A DNA stretch of 64,000 nucleotides, from assembly GCA_024679065.1 (NCBI GenBank), contig JAGIQG010000011.1, positions 46,872,001 through 46,936,000 of the forward strand, given 5' to 3'. The notes under the pieces are model-generated. The model was given only the letters and a program-made list of their open reading frames with translations. It did no database searches and was not told the origin of the DNA. Every line of letters begins with the position of its first letter. Within the stretch, counting starts at the first letter, position 1. Shown piece by piece: positions 58,855 to 64,000 of this stretch. Position numbers and translations under genes: made by a program. This stretch comes from Sphyrna mokarran (Eukaryota).

Positions 58855-61800
58855 GTTTCTTACTTGCAGAATTATTTAACTGATAAAACAGTGTAGGAAT
58901 GTTTTGTTCAAGTGGTGAATATGTTAAAGGTCCTAATTTTCAGGTTTTCCCCTTATTCAATTAAACATGTGTATCCTTCCCCAAACACATGCCCTTCATT
59001 GATTAATTATCCTTGCATTCGTCCCTAAATGCACACTTTCACTCTCTCTTCAATCATGTATGAATCACATGCACACACATTTTCTATTATGGATATAGCA
59101 TGGTTGATTTTATTCCTGAAAAAGTAATAATAATCCAATACATAGGTAAATATGGGATCAGATTTGATGTAAGGAAAGTAGAACACTCCTGTTCAATTCA
59201 GCACAGTCATTCTTAGAAAAATTCTTTGTTTTGTCTTGACATTATATTTCAACGATGAAAGCTAATAATGTCAGGGAAACCAACATAGATGAATTATTGA
59301 GGTCAACGAATTCATATCAGCAGAGATATAGTCATTAACCCAAGAAATTTCAGCAATTAATGTCCTGTCAATTGGTTGCATGTTAATTTACCTCCCTTGG
59401 TGAATCTGGCTAAATAAATTCCTTGAGTGGTTTCTCCAATGAGACACTATTAGAATGAAATTCAATATAGAAGGAATGTGTTTAAATATCTATTTGTGTG
59501 ATATCTTTGTGTGTGTGTGTTTTTATTTTTATATATATATAATACACACACAATATGTGTTTGATGTGATAATGCACAAATTAACTAAAAAAATTCTACA
59601 GGCTGGTTATATTTACAAATATGTAATTTGAAAGTTCCATGATTAATTGATTATGATTACCCTTTTAGGAAAGCTGAACTATAAATACCCTTATATCACT
59701 TATAAGGATAAGTGATATCCTTATCACTCTCCAATTAATGTTTTTGAAAGTTGTAACTTAGAAGTTTTAAGTTTAGTCACGGTTACAAACAGAATCAAAT
59801 AATTGTTGATCCAGAGTGAAAACTGAAAATGTTTGTAATAACTGAGAAGTAGTTTGATACAAAGGAACTATGCATATAACTGGCATCATTCATGTTGTTA
59901 ACAACCTTGAAGTAAGTACATTAGTATGTTATAATCTTATTGTGGTATCAGGTACACAGTAGCAATATTGAATTATTTGCATACAAGTTCTATCATGTTG
60001 ATGTCATCTAATTTTTTTTTATTCAGACAAAAACATGCTATCCTAGTGATTTTTGTTTCCAAAAGCTAAAATCTGGTCTTCTGTATGCTAGAGATTATTT
60101 TCTGCTTTATACTCTGGGCAGGAACAAACATTTTCTTTCCTATATTGAAGGCAAAAAGTACGTATCTCAGTCTTGTATGGTGTAAATAAATGCATTTTCA
60201 ACTATCTATGTTGTGTAAATTGCATGTGCTGTACTAAATTCTCGAATTTGTTATTGTCGTTGTAAGTATCAGACAAGCGGATCATATTACTTTCGTAATT
60301 TGAGATGAATTGCTTCTGTGCAAGGAACTTACTTAGCACCAGTAATTACCTAACTGGTTAGTGATGCATACTTTTGCATTGTGAACAGGAATGTTTTAAT
60401 TTATTTGTAAGAAACAGTTAATTGGTAGGAGGAATGGCCCCATCAGGACTACATGGATGAAGTGTTTTTTTCTGAGTGCATTAATTAGTTTCCAGTGAAA
60501 TGTGTCTTGTTGGTGTTATGTGAAAATGATATAAAACTGTTAATATTGAATAAACCACCTGTTATAAACTTTGCCCAATTTCTTTTTCATTAAATAGAGA
60601 GCAATTTGGTCCACATATAGGGAACAGCCAGTCTGATTGGGCCTGTTCTAAGCTGTTGCCAGATTTAAATTATCCCAATTTGTTTTCAACAGAAAAACTG
60701 GATGATATAATAGGACAGCATCATTGAGACCTGGATATAAATGCAATTCAACCTCTTGTGTTGAAGCTATATCTTTCTTCTGCATAAAAGCATCCATCAT
60801 GCAGCACATTTGGGAAGTCATAACACTGCGATGGCAGGTACAGGTCCATAACACATGAATTCATATATTTCAATACAAATTGTAGATGATGTAAAAGTTA
60901 TTGCTATGAGAAATAGGAAAAATCTTGAGTGACTAAAATTGTGAAACATTTTAGTACAAACAAAGGAAGCTTTATACTGCACTTGACCTTCAAACTAACA
61001 CCAGATGCTGTTGCAAAAAAGTGTTCCATTCCAGTACTAATATCATTCACATAAATTTGTACAAAAAAGGTTTTTATTAGTGTAAGCTTTCTTCTGTGCA
61101 TGATTCAGACCAAACTACCGCAGCTATATATAAACAGTGGAATACCAGTTGAAAGCAATAACAGACTACATTTGTTTTAATACTGCTTTGATATTTCTCC
61201 CACTCAAAATGGGTTCAGGGAATTAACAGTAATAAAGATTTTTTTGCTAAAGAGTTGCTGAACAAAGGCCAGGAATTACTAGGAAATACATAAAAGATTG
61301 CTTTGTTTGGGGATCAGTATAATAAAAAGTATGTTTTGAAACCTAAGTCAGAACCACAACAGGGTGGGAGTGCTTACAATTTTTAACTGCCAACTGCCTA
61401 AGTATTGCTTGATAATGGGGTATACTTGATATAAACTCCAAGTTTGTGAACCTCGAAAAATGCACCAAAACGCTGTTGTAAGTTAACCAACCAAAACCAC
61501 ATGACTTATTAGCACAAAGCACTTGTGGACTTCCCACTGTTTGTCTATCTTGGACCATTAAATGACAGGAACTTGTAGGGGAAAGAATCCAGCTTTATAA
61601 GAGGACTGCAATTTTGCAATCTACACTCCGCATAGTCATAGATTGCTATAATTGTAACCTGCCTCCCCGCTATACAAAGTCATTACCTACATAAATCAGA
61701 AAAGCTTTCACTCTTGTTAACAGATCTTAGCACCCGATTATTCAAGCCAGTACTTGTTTCCCAAATAGTTTTAGTAATGCCTTTATGTTAAGGCAATCAC

Positions 61801-62162
61801 TATGCCATCTGTTATGATCTTGAGACCATTCTATTTTAGAAAATAATCGTGAACTCAGTTATTATCTGAAAAAACCATGCCAGAAAATTTCAGATTTGAA
61901 ACAAAAAACATTGCTATATAAGAATTTTATAAAACAAAGACCCGAATGTATGTGCTTTATAAATCTGAGATTTTTGAGTTAAAAATCTAACAGATCACAT
62001 CTTGTTCTGTTTTAATTCCACTCAAGTGTCCCTTATACTTTTCAAGAACTTGAAGGTTATTTAATCTCTCCTGGAATCAAACCAAGGTGCACCATAGTTG
62101 TCCAAAAATCACTTTGATTCCCTTCAGTTCCCATTTCTAGCGCACAGACTTCCAGAGTGATT

Positions 62163-62230
62163 TCTTTCTCTCTCTCCCTCACTCTCTCTTTCTCTCTGTC
62201 TCTTTCTTACTCCCTCTGTCTCTCTCTATC
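62163..62230 (+). repeat. (CT)n-rich microsatellite
   Basis: Imperfect tctctc tract. Confidence 0.8.
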
Positions 62231-62415
62231 TGAGTATTCCACTGCTGACCTCTTCCAGTAGCTTTACCAGGCTGATCTGACAGTTTTAATTTGTCATGAA
62301 TTTAGATGTTTTCTGAGAATGAGCCCCAGTTGCAATTTCTGCTTAGTGAGTCCAACTCAGGAGTTGTTTCTTAATGGTCTCATTGCTCCTTGCTGTGGCT
62401 GCTGGGATATACACA

Positions 62416-62490
62416 ACACAGTAAGAGGTCTGACAACACCAGTTTTAAATCCAACCGATTTATTTGATAGTAGACTCGCAAGCTTTCGGC
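62416..62490 (-). mobile_element. Family H3 Penelope-type fragment retaining the CGAAAGCTTG 3' half of the hammerhead motif
   Basis: acacagtaagaggtctgacaacaccag...tttatttgatagtagactcgcaagctttcg matches 40519-40590. Confidence 0.7.
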
Positions 62491-63199
62491 TTTTTATCTA
62501 CATCATACGTGCACAACTGCCAGTCTCAGTTTCCCAAGCTGACTGTTAGTATAGATAAAGATAAAACAAAAGGGTATCTATCTCCCCTGTAACCTATACC
62601 AATGGCAATTGCCTATACCAATAGCAATATGGTACCCATTGGATATTCCAGATGGAGATTCAAATAAAACACCTTCAGTTACAAAACCTGCCTTTTGATC
62701 TGAAAAGTATATGGATATAAATAACTTCCTGTGTTCATCTGGTGCTTTTTAACCTTTCTTTGATCTAGAGAATTACATGAATAATTTACATCTCTAATGA
62801 AGACAAAAACATTTTCCTTAGACCTACTGTCTACAGTTTCCCATCTAAAAATGCCTACTAGCCATTTCCTGGCCCTCACCATTCTAACCTTGACCTTGTA
62901 AGTACTCAAACTTTTTTTTTCTCATTTATTTTACATCCCCAACCTAAACATTGTATTCCTAAAACATGTTAATTCTGAAATTAAGCATTTTCATAGCACA
63001 TTAATGCAGTGGTCTCTACAAATAGTGGAAAGTGAGACCCTGCCATCAAAAAATTCAGGTTTATAACACCAACTCAAAGGGAAAGAGTGGAAAACACACA
63101 CATCTAAAAGATGTGCTGGTCAGATGTATTGGCCATGCTACCTTCTCCCTCAGTGTACCCAAACAGGTGCTAGAATGTGGCAATTAGAGCATTTTCACA

Positions 63200-63710
63200 G
63201 TACTTTGGGCCCCATATTTAAGGAAGGATGTACTGGCCTTGGAAAAGGTCGAAAGGAGGATCACTAGAATGATTCCTGGAATGAAGAGCTTGTCATATGA
63301 GGAACAATTGAGGACCCTGTACTTGTTTAGAAGAATGAAGAGGGATCTTATTGAAATTTAAAAGAAACTGCAAGGTCTGGATAGAATGGACATGGAGAAG
63401 ATGTCCACTACTTGGGGAAAAAGTAGAACCAGAGGGCACAACCTCAGGCTAAAGGAATGATCCTTTAAAAAGATGAGGAGGAATTTCTTCAGCTAGAAAA
63501 TGTGAATCTGTGGAGCTCTTTGTGACAGAAGGCTGTGGAGGCCAAGCCATTGAGTATCTTTACGATGGAGATAGGTGCTTGAATGATAAGGGGATCAGGA
63601 TTTATTGGGAAAAGGGAGGAGAGTGGGGATGAGAAAAATATCAGCCATGATTGAATGGCAGGGCAGACTCGATGGGCCGAGTGGCCTAATTATGCTCCTG
63701 TGTCTTATGG
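63200..63710 (+). mobile_element. CR1 LINE 3' end, preceded by a SINE fragment at about 63100-63200
   Basis: WAPYLRKDVLALEKVERRITRMIPGMKSLSYEEQLR; 3'UTR atcagccatgattgaatggcagggcagactcgatgggccgagtggcct. Confidence 0.88.
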
Positions 63711-64000
63711 TTTTGTACCTGTGGTACTAATAACTAAAATTAAATTAGAATTAGAGCTAAGGCTGTGAAATTATCAGTAATAAACTACTAACTATACATT
63801 TAAAATATCTAATACACATTATTCAAAGCAATGGGCTTATCAGCTGTACATAGAATCACATCTTAACTATGCAAGCTGACCTTACGTAAACCTTGGATTT
63901 TAAATGCAGTTTCAACTTGCGATAAGTAGGATGCCACTGATGATGAACCACTTCTGTAACATCCATCAGTTAATGCTACTGAATCAAATATCTTGAATTC

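Noticed and set aside
60648-61101. Minus-strand ORFs (65-68 aa) as exons of a neighbouring gene
   Set aside because: No recognisable homology (not GAD1-like) and no convincing splice pair; a TBLASTX search would be needed.

Overview
Eukaryotic genomic DNA. The repeat landscape (HE1-type V-SINE, Deu-domain SINE, CR1, Rex1/Babar, Penelope-like elements) points to a cartilaginous fish, most likely a shark; this is inference. The only host gene I can support is the 3' part of ERICH2 (glutamate-rich protein 2) on the + strand: five phase-compatible GT-AG coding exons (3102-3221, 8598-8824, 28698-28755, 47366-47437, 57890-58050) giving about 211 aa that end in an acidic tail. Its start lies upstream of the window. 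The introns are filled with decayed mobile elements: CR1 and CR1/L2-type LINEs, an L1, a Rex1/Babar 3' end, SINEs, two Harbinger relics, a Penelope-like element (RT plus GIY-YIG), and a degenerate two-LTR Gypsy provirus with nested insertions. The most interesting signal is three distinct families of short Penelope-type repeats carrying minimal hammerhead-ribozyme motifs (CUGANGA...GAAA, palindromic stem III), often as inverted fold-back pairs. There are also several local template-switch scars: a 113-bp palindrome, an inverted duplication of a transposase tail, and a Gypsy gag piece copied into a nested CR1. All calls were made by eye without database searches, and repeat boundaries are approximate.
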